Shown: one piece after another, positions 24,393 to 36,848 of the stretch
Layout: every line of letters begins with the position of its first letter
How positions within the stretch are numbered: the stretch's first letter is position 1
Source of the DNA: Lama glama
Lineage: Eukaryota
Reading direction: 5' to 3'
Assembly (NCBI GenBank): GCA_028534125.1
Contig: CM052832.1
Span: forward strand, 10,604,001-10,668,000
DNA: 64,000 bases
The notes under the pieces: model-generated
Told to the model about the DNA's origin: nothing
The model's input: only the letters and a program-made list of their open reading frames with translations
The model's database searches: none
Translations under genes and position numbers: made by a program

Positions 24393-26369
24393 TATTTAAA
24401 GTCCTTAACATTCTATGGCTTCCTTTGGCCAAACCAAGAGTGTGAAGAACCATCCATCTTGGAAGGACTAGTAGGGAAAGAGTTCTTTTTAGTTGGAGTG
24501 TCTCTAAAGCTAAAAGCTAAAAGCTCACACATTCTGAGATGCTTTCCTGGATAGTTACAGCCCATAGTAACTATGTTACAGCATAGGGAGGGGACTAGGA
24601 AACTGGAGTTGGGTCTGAACTAGCTTCTGTATCCAAGGAGGCCAATGTGATGGTGGGACACAACACTGGGAGTTTGTAGTAATGCGAGTACACTGAGTTC
24701 TGTGGGGAGCATATGCTCGGCTCTAGATGAGACTTCTGCTTTGGAGTATCAGACAACAAACCAGATAAGCTGATACCCAGGGAGAAGGAACCACTAAAGT
24801 TTGGGAAGCATGTTCCAAGACAGTCCCAGCAAGGAAGCCAAATATAAATCATGGTCTTGGGAAAAAAATGGGGAAACCTGGATGCTATGTGTGTAGGGGT
24901 CAAATCAGAAACTTTGCTTACAACTGAGCAGCTACAGAAATATTCATTCCAAAATAAAATTCATTATTTTATGAAAGTAGCCATCATTGGTGAAAACTGG
25001 CTTGACTTAGAAATCAGGTACATTTGAGGGAGTAACACAATGACTTTGTCGGGGAGAAAAAAACTGTCAGAGTAGGGATAAGGGCCTGTGACTTCTAATC
25101 ACACACATGGACTTGCATGAACCCTGAGAAACTGACAGCTTGAGAAGAGGGTCTCCATCTGAGTGATGTCTTGGATAAAGGGAAGAGCTTAGATATTCAG
25201 AAGCGGATATGTTTGTAGCGTGTACAGCACTGATAGCAATGACCAAAGCATCAGGTCCATGAGAAGAGAGCAGGGCAGAGCAGTAGTGGGATACCAAGTG
25301 GCAGGTCAGCAAAGGAGAGAAATCAAGACAAACAATAGGGGTGGAGGATGGAAGGACTCAGTATTTGCCAAGGGATGAAGGAGTCATGTGCATCGACCTC
25401 TGGGCAAGAGGAAGCTGTGACTAATGCTGAGCCAGTATGGTTGCAGTTACTGCTAAGGTCTTTGATTGGTACCTGAGTCCTGCTTTGCCAATCCTACCAC
25501 CTCAGCACCAAGTTAGCCCAAGGGTCACTGTGCTGGAGTCAAACCTCGTCCCACCCTCATCGTAATGCGTTATGATGAACAATCCAACTCCGTCTCTTCA
25601 AGGACCTCCCTCACTAGCAGCAGCTACAAAACCACCTTCAGCACAGATGACATCTGGTGGGTAGGGACAAAGAATGGGATTAGGGGAAAAAGACATTATC
25701 TGTTCTGGGGGTGGGCACCAGAGTGGAGACGTGGGTAGGAAGGGAGAGAGGGAGAACCTTGGGGAAAGAGGAGGACAAAGAGGAGAAGATACACAGAAAG
25801 ACTGTGATGCAGAAGACTAGATGGAGGAAGATCTTTCAGCAAGTCAGGTGTCCCCTGAGATTCCATGAAGAGTGAGCAAAACAATTATTATTGTACTTGG
25901 TGGTGTGCTGTGTACCACACAGATGGAGAGCTGTCCATGACACCAAGGAAACTATGCATGAAAAACTCATGCAGCAGGTCCGTGAGAGTGACACCCTGCC
26001 CAAGGGTGACAGCCATCTGCCCCACTGTAGGGGCACACAGCCTGCACATCTGTGCTTCTGCCACACTCTGCCATATATCCTGACTGGGGCCCTTATCACT
26101 CTGCACTACAGTTAGCTGTCTGCCTGTCTGTCTTCCCTGTTAGACTAGGACCTCTTTGAGAACAACTCCTTTGTCTTAGAGATTGTTTATCTTTGAGAAA
26201 ACCAAGGTTTCCCTGGAACTTAATGAGTACTTTAAAGTTTTGAGAAAGAGTTATTTGTCCACAGGGATGCCTCTGTGTGTGTGTTGCACAGATGTGAGGA
26301 TGGAGGATATAAGGGCAGAGGAGTCATGTTAGATCAGAAAATCAAAAAATCGGAGAGGTATTCCAAATG

Positions 26370-26554
26370 CAGTATTTCTCAAACTCCTCTGGGCTAGTGC
26401 ATAAGGGTCAACCAAGATGCATGTTAAAAAATACACATTCTCCTTGTCCTAAGCCAGGCCAGCAGAATCAGGACTTCACAGTTGGGCCTGAGAATATGCA
26501 TTTTATCTCTCTCCACAGTTGGTACTGATGGCCAGGCAGGTCTGAGAACCACTG
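26370..26554. mobile_element. MER5A-like hAT-Charlie MITE
   Basis: TIRs cagtatttctca / tgagaaccactg; internal gaatcagga...gggcctgagaatatgcatttt. Confidence 0.7.
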
Positions 26555-26679
26555 TTTTTAGGGCACCTTTTGCATTTGTAAGTAACGGATTCTTAGGAGA
26601 CCAGGAAGCCGAAGGTCCTTTGCCAGCATCTGGAACAAATTCGCTTTGCAAATGAAAAAAAGTTGAGGCCCTGTATGGA

Positions 26680-27250
26680 GGCGGGCCTTATGCGATTCCA
26701 CGCTGTGACCTGGTACCTGCGCTGGGGAGGTGTCTGTCACCTAGGCTTTCCCCATTGCGCGTACAGTCTTCGTGGTCCAGGTCCTGTTCCTCAGGGACGT
26801 GCCTACGATTCCGACGCGCTCATTGCGCTGCCCAGCACCGCGTGCTTCTGAAGCACCCGGCCTGCAGCTGGGCGAACTCCCGCGTCCCGCACTGCGGTGA
26901 ATTAAGCAACGGTGGGCGGCCCCGCAGCCCGCTCTGCCGCAGTGCCCGCCGGCAGTGCCCCCCGCCCCGCCCCCTGCACCCGGCCGCGCGCCGGTCCCGC
27001 CGCCGCCGCAGCGCCGGGCTTCGTCCTGCGCGGCGCCTTATCCAACTTCAGGCTGGTTATAAATGACTACAGCACAGAGACGGTGACCCAGTCCCTGGCA
27101 CGTTAGTCCGCTGCTCGCTGATCTGTTCCCCTGTTAAGGGACCGCACAGGCAGAGGACGTAGATTAAAATATAATGTATTGCTTTGAAATTTAACACAAT
27201 GCTATACATAATATTCAGCCGGATTTGCATATTCACATTTTCCCCCCTCA
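26680..27250. promoter_or_regulatory. Small orphan CpG island with GC boxes, TATAAA and an octamer (candidate enhancer or lncRNA promoter)
   Basis: Dense CpG at ~26755-27160; tandem CCCCGCCCC boxes at ~26958-26973; TATAAA 27058-27063; ATTTGCAT 27223-27230. Confidence 0.65.
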
Positions 27251-28551
27251 ATTTCTCCTGGAGAGTCCCATTAGGCCTTTCTCGTTAAACTTCTATCACT
27301 GCCGGACAAAGAACTTTAATGACTTGAGTGGCTGGAAGGGCCTTCCAAATAGCAACTAACTCAGCTCCCTGTTTCTGGCCCAGGGATATTGAAATCGTGA
27401 ATTCTGACCTTAAACTTGGTAAAGAGGGAAGAAGGAAGGCTGACACAGACCTGTTGTGTGGTTTCCATTTCACTTTTGGCCCACTCCATTGTGTCTTCTT
27501 CTGTGTGGCCATTCATCCTCAAATCTTTGACCCAGGAGAAACAGCTAGTCTTTCCCTGCTGTCCCCCAAAATCTCCAGCGGATTTCCTGGCCTCAGCAAC
27601 AAGCCCCACCCTTCTGTTTCCACTAGCATCGTTCTCACTTGATTGGGAGCCAGGTTTATAGGGGACAATGTTAGATAAATGACGAGTCTCCAGAGGCTTC
27701 CAACGATGGTAGGACAGGTACTGGAGAAAAGAACTCAGTGGTTGAAAAGAATGACAGCCAAAGAATCCCATTTAATTTGATGGCGCAATGAATATTTAAA
27801 GTTTTATAAAGAAATACAGGAAAGCAATCAGCCTTATTCAGGCATGTGCTCCAGGGAACAGAGTACACTCCCCATGTGTTGGCAGGATGGGGATGGGAGA
27901 TGAAGATGAGGGTGGGGGTGGGGGACACGCATATAAATAGTTCGTATTCTTCCCATTCTTTGTATTGAGGTGAAAAAGAGCTTACTAGTGCAGTTCAAGA
28001 AGAAGCAGAGGGGGAAATCCTCCCAGATAATTATCATAACGTGCTGACACCCTAAACAGCTCCTTTTTAAAATTGAATTTCTAATATCATCGCTTTGGAG
28101 ATTAAAATATTGAGACATGAATCCCTTGGCAAATGATTCAGGAACCACACACGCTGTGATAAAGGCACCTGCCACAGAAACTGGAGGGGACATAAATCTC
28201 CTACCGTGTGTGTGGAATACCTAATGGTGCCACCCCTCTGGCAGAGTGGGGTCATCAGAAACCTCCAAACAGCTACTCTAAGGGCATTTAACTCATTATA
28301 AACATATACCAGATATTTCCACTTTGTATCAGCCACTATGTCAAATCCTGGTATCAGAGAACTAGGGTGAGATACAACCCCTGCCTTCAAAGAGCTTTGA
28401 GTCCTCTTGGAGAGACAGACATGCGTGCACAGGATACTATAATGCTAGTCCATCACAGAGCAAAGAGGACAAGCTAAAGGCTAATGGGTCAGGGAGTGGG
28501 GAATCTATCAAAGCCAATCGTGGGGATAGGGGAAGGCTTCATATTAGTCAC

Positions 28552-28955
28552 TGTGGCTATTATCTCTCGAGCACTCACCTTTATACAACTAAGTTGCTAT
28601 TATAAACACCTGAGACTTTATGCCTTTCTGCCTGCAGGTTTTTCCTGGCCAAGAGAGCCAGATGTGCTGGAGAGTTAATGTCCCTGGAAGCCCTCAACCA
28701 ATAATAGATGGCAAGTATGGGGATAACTACTCCACTCCCTCATGGCTGGAGGGGACAATTCAGTGTTCTTCATCCTGTATCCCAGAGACCCCCTTGGAAT
28801 GAGCTCCAACTGAAAATACCTGTTTTACTGAGTTTTTCCCCTTCTTTTTTCACTTCCCACCCCCCACTGACATTTTCCAGATCACCTCACAAATCAAATA
28901 CTTGAACTTAAATCCCTAGTAAAGGACTGTTTCTGGAAGAACTCAAACTAGCTCA
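28552..28955 (+). mobile_element. ERVL solo LTR, LTR16-like
   Basis: gagttaatgtccctggaagccctcaaccaat...cacctcacaaatcaaatacttgaacttaaatccc...tttctggaagaactcaaactag. Confidence 0.65.
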
Positions 28956-28969
28956 ATTCGAATACCTGC

Positions 28970-29125
28970 CTTTTATTAAAAGTTACTCATGCCAAGCACC
29001 ATGCTGGCTTTTATATTATTTCTAATCCTTATAATAGTCCTGCAAGGTAGGAATTATTGTCTCCATTTTACAGATGAAGAAACTGAGGCCCAGGGAGTGA
29101 AAATGACTTTTTCAAGGTCACAGAA
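28970..29125 (-). mobile_element. MIR SINE
   Basis: ccattttacagatgaagaaactgaggcccagggagtgaaaatgact...aaggtcacag. Confidence 0.85.
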
Positions 29126-29799
29126 AAAGTTAGAGACCTTGAGAAAATTAAGTTCCTAAGACTCACCAGTGACTGTTCTTTTTCTTCCTAGAATCACACC
29201 CAAGGTGAAGGGAACATGGATCCCTTTGAAAGTGTGATAAATTTGATAGCCTCTTTCTCTCTCTCTCAGAAAAAAAAAATAGTGCATGTACATACATGTG
29301 AAATTAACTGTGCAAATTCTAACCCTTAGAATCCCCACAGGCTCCAGATTAAGAAATTATATTCAGAAATGAGACTTTCAAAATTTGGGGACAAAATACA
29401 CTCCTGGGGACTTGGGGAGGTGGGAAAACTATGAAGAGGACATAGATTAGGAAGGAGTAGCAGGGAGAATGGATAACAGCATACCATGGTTTGATGAGTC
29501 AGTGGAACCCATGGGGTACAGAAGAGGATGTTAACTAGGTGAGGCAGGGGTAACAATAGTGCTCTAGATGAATGAAAGTTGGGAACGTTTAGGGGAATAG
29601 CCCATTATCCCAATAGAATTCAGAGTCCCTAGGAGGGTGTGAGAGCTCCTCTCTAGCCTCAGCTTACTCTGGGCCTTTCACTCCCTGACGTCTCAGTTAT
29701 TTGACCTCAGACCTCCCCATCCCAAGTCCTTCACCTCCTCTTTACTTCAGCCATCCACATCGTATGCCCAGGCGCATCCTGTGCTTTCCAACAGGTAAA

Positions 29800-30240
29800 A
29801 CTGTCTCATCTGGAAAAGAGAAATCACCCCAGGTATTTCAAACAGAGGAGAATTTAAAACAGGGAATGTGTATCAAAGGGGTTGGTTGGATTTTTAAAAA
29901 GCAAAAAAGAGAAGGTGCCATTACCAGAGACTGGGAACTTCTAAAACCCATTACTGCTCATAGAGCTGAAAGAGTGAAAGTGGGGGAAATGCCCGGATCC
30001 CAGGATCCTGCACTCCCTGACATGAGGGGAGCTGCTGTGGACACTGGCCAGAAACCCCGGAGCCCACACCCCCGATAATGCTATTGCCACAAGCAGACAG
30101 TAGCTTCCAGCTTCTTCATGCCTTCTAATCTCACTTGAGTGCTTCCCGTCAGTGAATCCTATGCAGAATCTAGCTGGCAAGGGAGTTTTGGAAATGAGTT
30201 TTTCAGGTGTCCAAACCCCTGTGGTACAAGGGAGAGTACA
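29800..30240 (-). mobile_element. Old MaLR/MLT1-type LTR remnant
   Basis: agaaatcaccccaggtatttcaaacagagg...cttcccgtcagtgaatcctatgcagaatctagctggcaagggagttttggaaatg. Confidence 0.45.
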
Positions 30241-30299
30241 TATAGGTCTCCTACCAACAGGCAAATTTCAACACATGGAGCTTCATTTTCTTCTTTGCT

Positions 30300-31200
30300 C
30301 TTGGCTACATGTTCTTATCTAGCTCCCACTTTACGTCTATTGAATGAATCTCAGTTCTCCTTCAGAGCAAGTACCCCAGTCCCCATCAATAACCCCTACC
30401 CACCCTCAACAGCCTGCTTCCCTAGGACCTCACAATCCATCTTTCACAAAGACTCAAAGCTCACTTCACTCTCAGTATGCCCCCACTCCCTCCCAACTAC
30501 CCAAAATCCTAGAGCACACACTTGCCGGTTCTTTCTGTTGGTCTCAGGCTGACAGATTGCAGGACCAAGTCCCATGACCTCCCTGAGTTCCCACCACAGC
30601 ATAATGAGAACAATGGGCCTCACTTCTGCCTGAAATACCCATATTCATCCCCTGGCAGACTGCCAGTCTCATCCCTGGGGGGCTGCTCCAACCTCCCTCT
30701 CCCCTCAAATTCCACTTCCTCTCTCTGTACCACTCAATTTACACGGTCCAGACCACATATCATTTCCCTCCACCTCAGAATATCTGTCATCTCCTTTTCT
30801 TTGTTCATTTCCTCTGGTCTCTACAGAAGAAGGACCCCTTCCTCTTTCCAGGGCTCATGCCTGAACACTTCCTGCCTCTCCCCTCCCCTCTTCTTGTTTT
30901 CTCTCTACTCTGGCTGCTTCGCTCTGGCTTACACCCAAGCATTTCCCACCCCTAAGAAATTCTTTCCTCCACTCTGATTTCTCCTGAGCTTCCATCCCAC
31001 CTTCCACCCTCCTTTCACAGCTAAACTTCTCGAAAAAGTATTATACGCTCACCGCCTCTACTTCCTCACCTCCCACTCAGTCCCAACCACTAGCAATCTG
31101 GTTTCCACACCCATAACACTGCAGAAATTGCTCTCTTAAAGGCCACCATTGACCTCCAAATCGCCGAGCCTAATAGCTCTGCTTTACCCTCCACCATCCC
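30300..31200 (+). mobile_element. L2 LINE fragment (decayed RT region)
   Basis: Pyrimidine-rich strand with cctttcacagctaaacttctcgaaaaag...caatctggtttccac...gaaattgctctc...aaggccaccattgacctcc. Confidence 0.7.
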
Positions 31201-33069
31201 CCTAGACCCACTCCTCTGCCAGGTCAAATATACTATTTAGCCAAATTCTGAGCCGCTGGTCCCAGCTGGTGTGTCACAGTACACGAGTGTGCTGGAGATT
31301 GGTTATAGGCAGGACTGGGATGCACCATTCAGCCATATGGGTGATAAAATAAAGAAATATTTTCAAACCACTGCCAGAGTCCCCCATGTGTCCCTTTCCT
31401 CCACCTGGCTGCCCAAGCCCCTGGTCTAGGACCCCAAGATGGACCTCCTCATTATGTAACAGAAGGATCTTTGGCGTGGTAGGGGGCTTCTGCTCTTATG
31501 GGTGGGTACCTGGGTGTACGGTTGTTAGATGTTTTCAATATCACTCCTGCTTAATGCTGTGCTGAGATATTGATTACTTCAGAACTGGGAACAGCCTTGT
31601 AGAATCAAGGGAGTCTGGAGGGCAAATCACTCCCAGTGAAGATCAGCCTCTCTATTTACCCTCTATGTGCCATACAGATATTTTCCATGTGAGCCCTGGT
31701 GTGGGGACATTGGTAAAGCAAAACACCAAGTCCCCTCCCCTTTCTTGACTTCCATGTTAGGAGCCTGTTTTTCTACCCCTCAGTGGGCTCCTTCTCTGTG
31801 TCCTTGTCTGGCTTCTCTAACAGGGTGACCTTGGACAAGCTACTTAATCTTGATGAGCTTCAGTCTCCTCAGCCATAAAATGGGGCAAACAAATTTCTGC
31901 TTTGCAGGGAGGATGATGGATAATATGTGTAAAATGGCTAGTGCAGGACCACTTGCGGAGTAAAGTGGAGTAAAATGAGTGTAGGTTCCTAACCTCCACC
32001 TACCTCTCAGGCTATGCTTTCGCCCCTAAGGATTTCCTCCATTCCTTTCTACCCCCGACTATTTCTTCCCAGCTCACTTATTATGTCCTGAACAAGAGGG
32101 TGTCCCCAAGCTGTCAAACTCCAGACATCCAACTCATAAGTCCCCATCTCCCCTCCCACTTTCTCCCATCTTCCCTCCCATTTTCTCCCATCTTCCCAGT
32201 GTCTCTTCAAGGACACTGACCATTCTTCCAGGCAAGCAGTCTTCATGACATAAAGTGGGCATTGATCACAATCAGACCTCACATCTAGGCATCTCTGAGG
32301 TCTGGTCCATTCTATTTCTCACATCCACCCCCTTTCATTGTCACTACTATAGCCTTCAATCCAACAGTTTTTCCCCTACCTGGACGGCCAATTTCTCTCA
32401 TCTCTTTACCCGCCAAAATGCTATTCATCCTTCAAATGTCATTCAAATTTTAATGCCTCCTTAAAGTCTGATCTCTCTATTCTGTAAATACAGAATTTTC
32501 CCCCAATTTTAATTTTTACCTGATACCTGACTCCCTTATAATGTAGTCATTCGATTACATAGCTGGTCATCTCAACCAGGGTGTAAGATGGGGCCACAGC
32601 TGATTTTTCCCTTAATCCTTCTCTGTACGTTTCACAGGAAACCTACAAAGGCAAGTTTATTAGATGATGGTGAATTATTGTCCTGCTCAGGACCAAGAAT
32701 GGGTTGGTTTCTGCTCTGCTATCCAAGTTCCTTTGAAAGAAAAGCCAGGCGCTTGATTAAGGAATGGAAAGAATTTTGTAGTCAGTCAATTCCTGCTGCG
32801 ATAAATCTCTTGGGTGAAAGATGGTAAAGCAGGGACATAAATGACGATAGCTGTGCTTCCACAGTCGACTGGATTATAAAACAAACCACATACTTATGAC
32901 TATATGCTCCAAACAATACATAAAAGAAGGCAGGGCGAGGTGAAGGAAGGCGCTAAGAGCTGGTGTGAGAAAGGAGGGAAATCTGCTTGTCTATTTTGGA
33001 GAGTGGGGTGGTGGCTTTCCTTACCTGGAGTCTCCTTAAGCAAGTTTCCTTCACCACCAGGCACCTGCA

Positions 33070-33292
33070 GCACAAGCTCTGGAGTTTGAGTCCGAGGGCT
33101 AGGATTCTGGCTCTGCCACTGGCCAACACTCTGACCCAGCAAGTTACTCAGCCTCTCTGTGCCTTGGTTTCCACATCTGTAAAGTGAGGACAATGATAGT
33201 ACCTGCCCCATAGGTTTTGCGGGAATTAAATAAAATGGCCATTGTCCAGGGCAGAGAAGAGTGGCTGGCACACAGTGTGCCCTAAATGTTGC
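33070..33292 (+). mobile_element. MIR SINE
   Basis: ggctctgccact...caagttactcagcctctctgtgccttggtttccacatctgtaaagtg...tggcacacagt. Confidence 0.85.
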
Positions 33293-35564
33293 CTAGCACT
33301 CTTACTGGTACGTGTCTGTTGGCAAGAGAGGGAACTGGGATGGGCGGGGTGGGCTGGTGAAGCACTGTGAGGGCTGTGGCAGGTGACTGGGCAGAGCTAA
33401 GAGCTGTGGTCCTTCCCAGACCCTCCTGGGCACTGGCTCCAGCCCCCAGTGTTCTCTGCTTCAATACCACCCTTAAGATTTGGGGATTCCCTGGCAGGAG
33501 GCAAAAGGCAGGGTAGTCAGTGGCATCTGATGTCTCAAGTCCTGCTCTGGATGGTTGCTTTATTGCTCTTCACTGGATCCTAGAGACCACTTAGCTCCAA
33601 CTCTCCCATGTCAGAGATGGAGCAGCTGAGGCCCAGAGAAAGGAAGAATTGCCCAAGGTCACACTTAAAGAACCAGAATCCAGAATCCTCTATCTTCCCC
33701 TCTGGTGCTCCTTCTGCCATACTACCTGACCGTAACGGGGTCTCCTTACTCTGTGCATTTGCCAAGGTGGTTCTCGGGCTGCAAAACATCCACCTAGTTG
33801 GCCCTACTTGCCTTGGCCTTCTCTTCACTGGATGTTGACTGCCCTTTGGGTGCACCAGGTAATTTGCCGCTTAGTGGCATCCAGGCTAGTATTAGAGAGG
33901 CTGCCTTGAACACAGGAAGGCGCCTGGGATGATGTGGAGTCAGAAGACTGAGTCTGAAATCCAATGCCACTCGCTCCAACTCTGGGAGCTACCATGTTAC
34001 CTGTACAGGACTTAGTGTCTTTGTTAGACAGGGATAATGATCTATTGCACGTGATGGTTGTGGCGCACAAGCAAGGCAGCATTTGGGAATGCACTTTATG
34101 GACTGCAAGACGCTGGGCCAGTGTTGGTTTGTGTCCTTTCTCTCCAGGAAGAGACTCTACCATCTCCCACCCTGTCTTCTCCCCCACAGTATTGAGTAGA
34201 GTGCTAAGGGGTGCACAAAAGATAATCAGTAAAGACTTCCTTGTTGGCTGAATATGATCTTTCAGGATCATCTGACCCTTTGATGCATCAGGAACCCAAC
34301 ACCAGACCTGGTACTAGGGCAAGAGAGTGAGGCTGTGAAGGGAGCCCATGGGGCCTGGGGGAGGGGGAGAGAGAAACAGAGAGCTTGATGATGAAAAGTA
34401 AACTGGATTTAGAAAACAAACTCCAGCTAATGGCTGTAGGTGGTGTTAGTCATTCTGTTAAGGAATTTGGGAATACATATGCATACTAATAGGAATTTAT
34501 TCTGGCTGCTTCTTACTCTAGCATTCGGAAAGGAAGGAGGGGTAGAGGGCACTGCAGGATTGAGAGGCACTGGACCTGTATCTCCAGAAAGTGCACTCCA
34601 GGGCGGGGCCTCAGCTCCTGAGGAAACACTACAAGTCCTGCAAGGCCGCGGGATAAACTGGGCTCAGGCTGGCTGTTGGTCCTTGTGGAAGCAGAGAGAA
34701 TGGGGCTAAGGATTTAGGAGTGGCCCCTAGCTTCCAGCCTGTGCAACAGACTCAGTGGAGGGAGATCCCAAGGCCTTATGAGACTGTGCCCCAGCATCTT
34801 TTTTATTCCCCTGGCCCAAAAAATCAGTGTTCAGGCCATGATATGCCAAAGGGGACTGTAAGAAGCACCTACCACATTCCTGGGATTACAGACTGCACCT
34901 CTTTTCTGGAGGGAGCTCAATAGTCCCCACTATGTGACTCCATAGCCTCAGGCCCCTGGCTCTGTCCTGTCATCTGCCTGAAACCCTCACTGCTTTTTAC
35001 ACCAGTTCTCTCTCTTTTCCAAACTCAGTGGATACAGAGAAGAGAGGCTCCCCATTGTCCTTTGCACAGGGGCCCTTCTACTGGTTATGAAAGCCAAGGC
35101 CAACGTGGCCTTCTCTTCCTCAGGCTGAATGCCTCTCCACCTCCAGAACCTCCTAAGAACTCTTCTTATCAGGCACTGTGATCCCATTGAGTAAGTGGGT
35201 ATTGGGAGCCGGTCATGTGCCCATAAGTGTGCAGTGGGGACTGGTACCTATAGTTCAGAAAGCCAAGGGACGCAGACAACAGGGTGAGGCTGGTCACAAG
35301 TGCCCGGGAGAGCAGGGGAAGATGAGTCATGACTGGGGGCCGGGCGAGCTTGGGCCTTCTCCGCACAGGGGCATTGGTGTTATCTTCAAGGATGCAGTGC
35401 AGCCCTGATGTGCTGCGTGAAGCCCAAGGCACAGTCATTCTCTGCCGCATAGAGACATGAAAGGGTGAGTGAAAACATCTTTAAGCACCTGCTGGGAGCT
35501 CTCTTGGAAATCATTTATCTGCCCTGCACTTCAGTGCCTTGGCTCTAAAACTGAAACAAAGAAT

Positions 35565-35760
35565 TATGTACAAAGAGCCTTGAAAATGTTCATACCCTTC
35601 TGCCTAGGGATTCTACTTCCGGGAATCCAGCCCAAGCAAAGAAGCAAGAAAGTGGGCAAAGACTTAGGTACAAAGATGTTCATCACAGGGTTATTTAGAA
35701 GAGTGATCTTGTGAAATGTAGAAGAATCCCAATGCCCATCATTAAAATGGATGGTATAGG
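35565..35760 (+). mobile_element. Old L1 (L1ME-like) 3' fragment
   Basis: atgttcatacccttctgcctagggattctacttccgggaatc...tacaaagatgttcatcacagggttattt. Confidence 0.65.
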
Positions 35761-36699
35761 AGCTTTCTTGCCTCCCTCTGCCTCCCTCTGCCTCTTTCCC
35801 CTCCCCCACGTCTCTCATACACAGGATGATAGTACCACCCAGAAGTCCTGGCCCATCTCTGGTCAGCAATCAGTAAAAGCAGCCAGTTGCTAGCATAGGC
35901 AGTGCCCCTACCCAGCCCTTGTGGGTTTGCTCAAGGAACCAAGAAATCTAACATCCTTCACCTTTCCATTACTGACGTATAATACAGATTATCTTCTGGG
36001 AATTTTCCACCATGAATGGTGACTACAGACTGGTTTTCTCTTGACCTCCCAAGGAACATCTGGGTCCCCACCCCTCTCCGTCTGCCAAAGTCACTCAGGG
36101 GTTCCTAGAGTTGGACAGGTCCTTAGAAAATACACAGGCCAACTCCTTTGAGGGGACAGGAATTGTCACATTACTCGTTCGTACAAAGCCGTGGTGAACA
36201 TCCAGGCCACCTGAATCCTAGCCCAGTGCTAAGTGTTCAGGTGAGGCAAACATAAAAAATAAACCAGTTGTCTTCAGAATTCCCCAAAGTGCAAGAAATG
36301 ATCCAGGTCCTGGCTCTTCACAAGACATCCATTCCCTTCTCTGAGCTGGGCAAACTTCTTGATGGGGTATTGGGTTCACTTTGGAGCAGGGATTTGGCTA
36401 CCCCCCAGCATCCCTGGCCTTCATGCCATTTGAACATCTTATTGGTTTCTGAGTGTAGCTCCATCTCTGCTCTGGTGCCAGCCTGGTCCTACCCTGCCAG
36501 TAGATTCTGCTCCTTTCATGAATGACTCTGGGGTAAGGAGATAACCTACCCTGATGCCCCTGACCCTTAAAGAGAATTTAGAGATTTGGGCCTGGGCTAT
36601 ACCTCCCCCTTCCACTCTTAACCCCTCCCCGCTGAGCCCCCACCTATGGAATGCAAAACCAAGGGTAAGCAAGAAAGAAAGCACTTGCCCTGCTAATTC

Positions 36700-36848
36700 C
36701 CCCTCCTTCATCCCTTCCCCTACTCCTCCTTCCACATCCTCCTGTTTCTACCCCCAGCTCCTTCTACTCACCTCCTCCTTTATCTTCCTCTCCTCCTTTC
36801 TCTTCCTTTCCTCTATCCCCACATCCTTTTCTGCCTCTCTTTTCTTAC
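36700..36848 (+). repeat. Polypyrimidine (CT-rich) low-complexity tract
   Basis: About 150 bp that is almost entirely C/T on the + strand. Confidence 0.85.

Noticed and set aside
24590..25000. Possible L3/CR1 remnant
   Set aside because: Only faint similarity by eye; boundaries cannot be defined.
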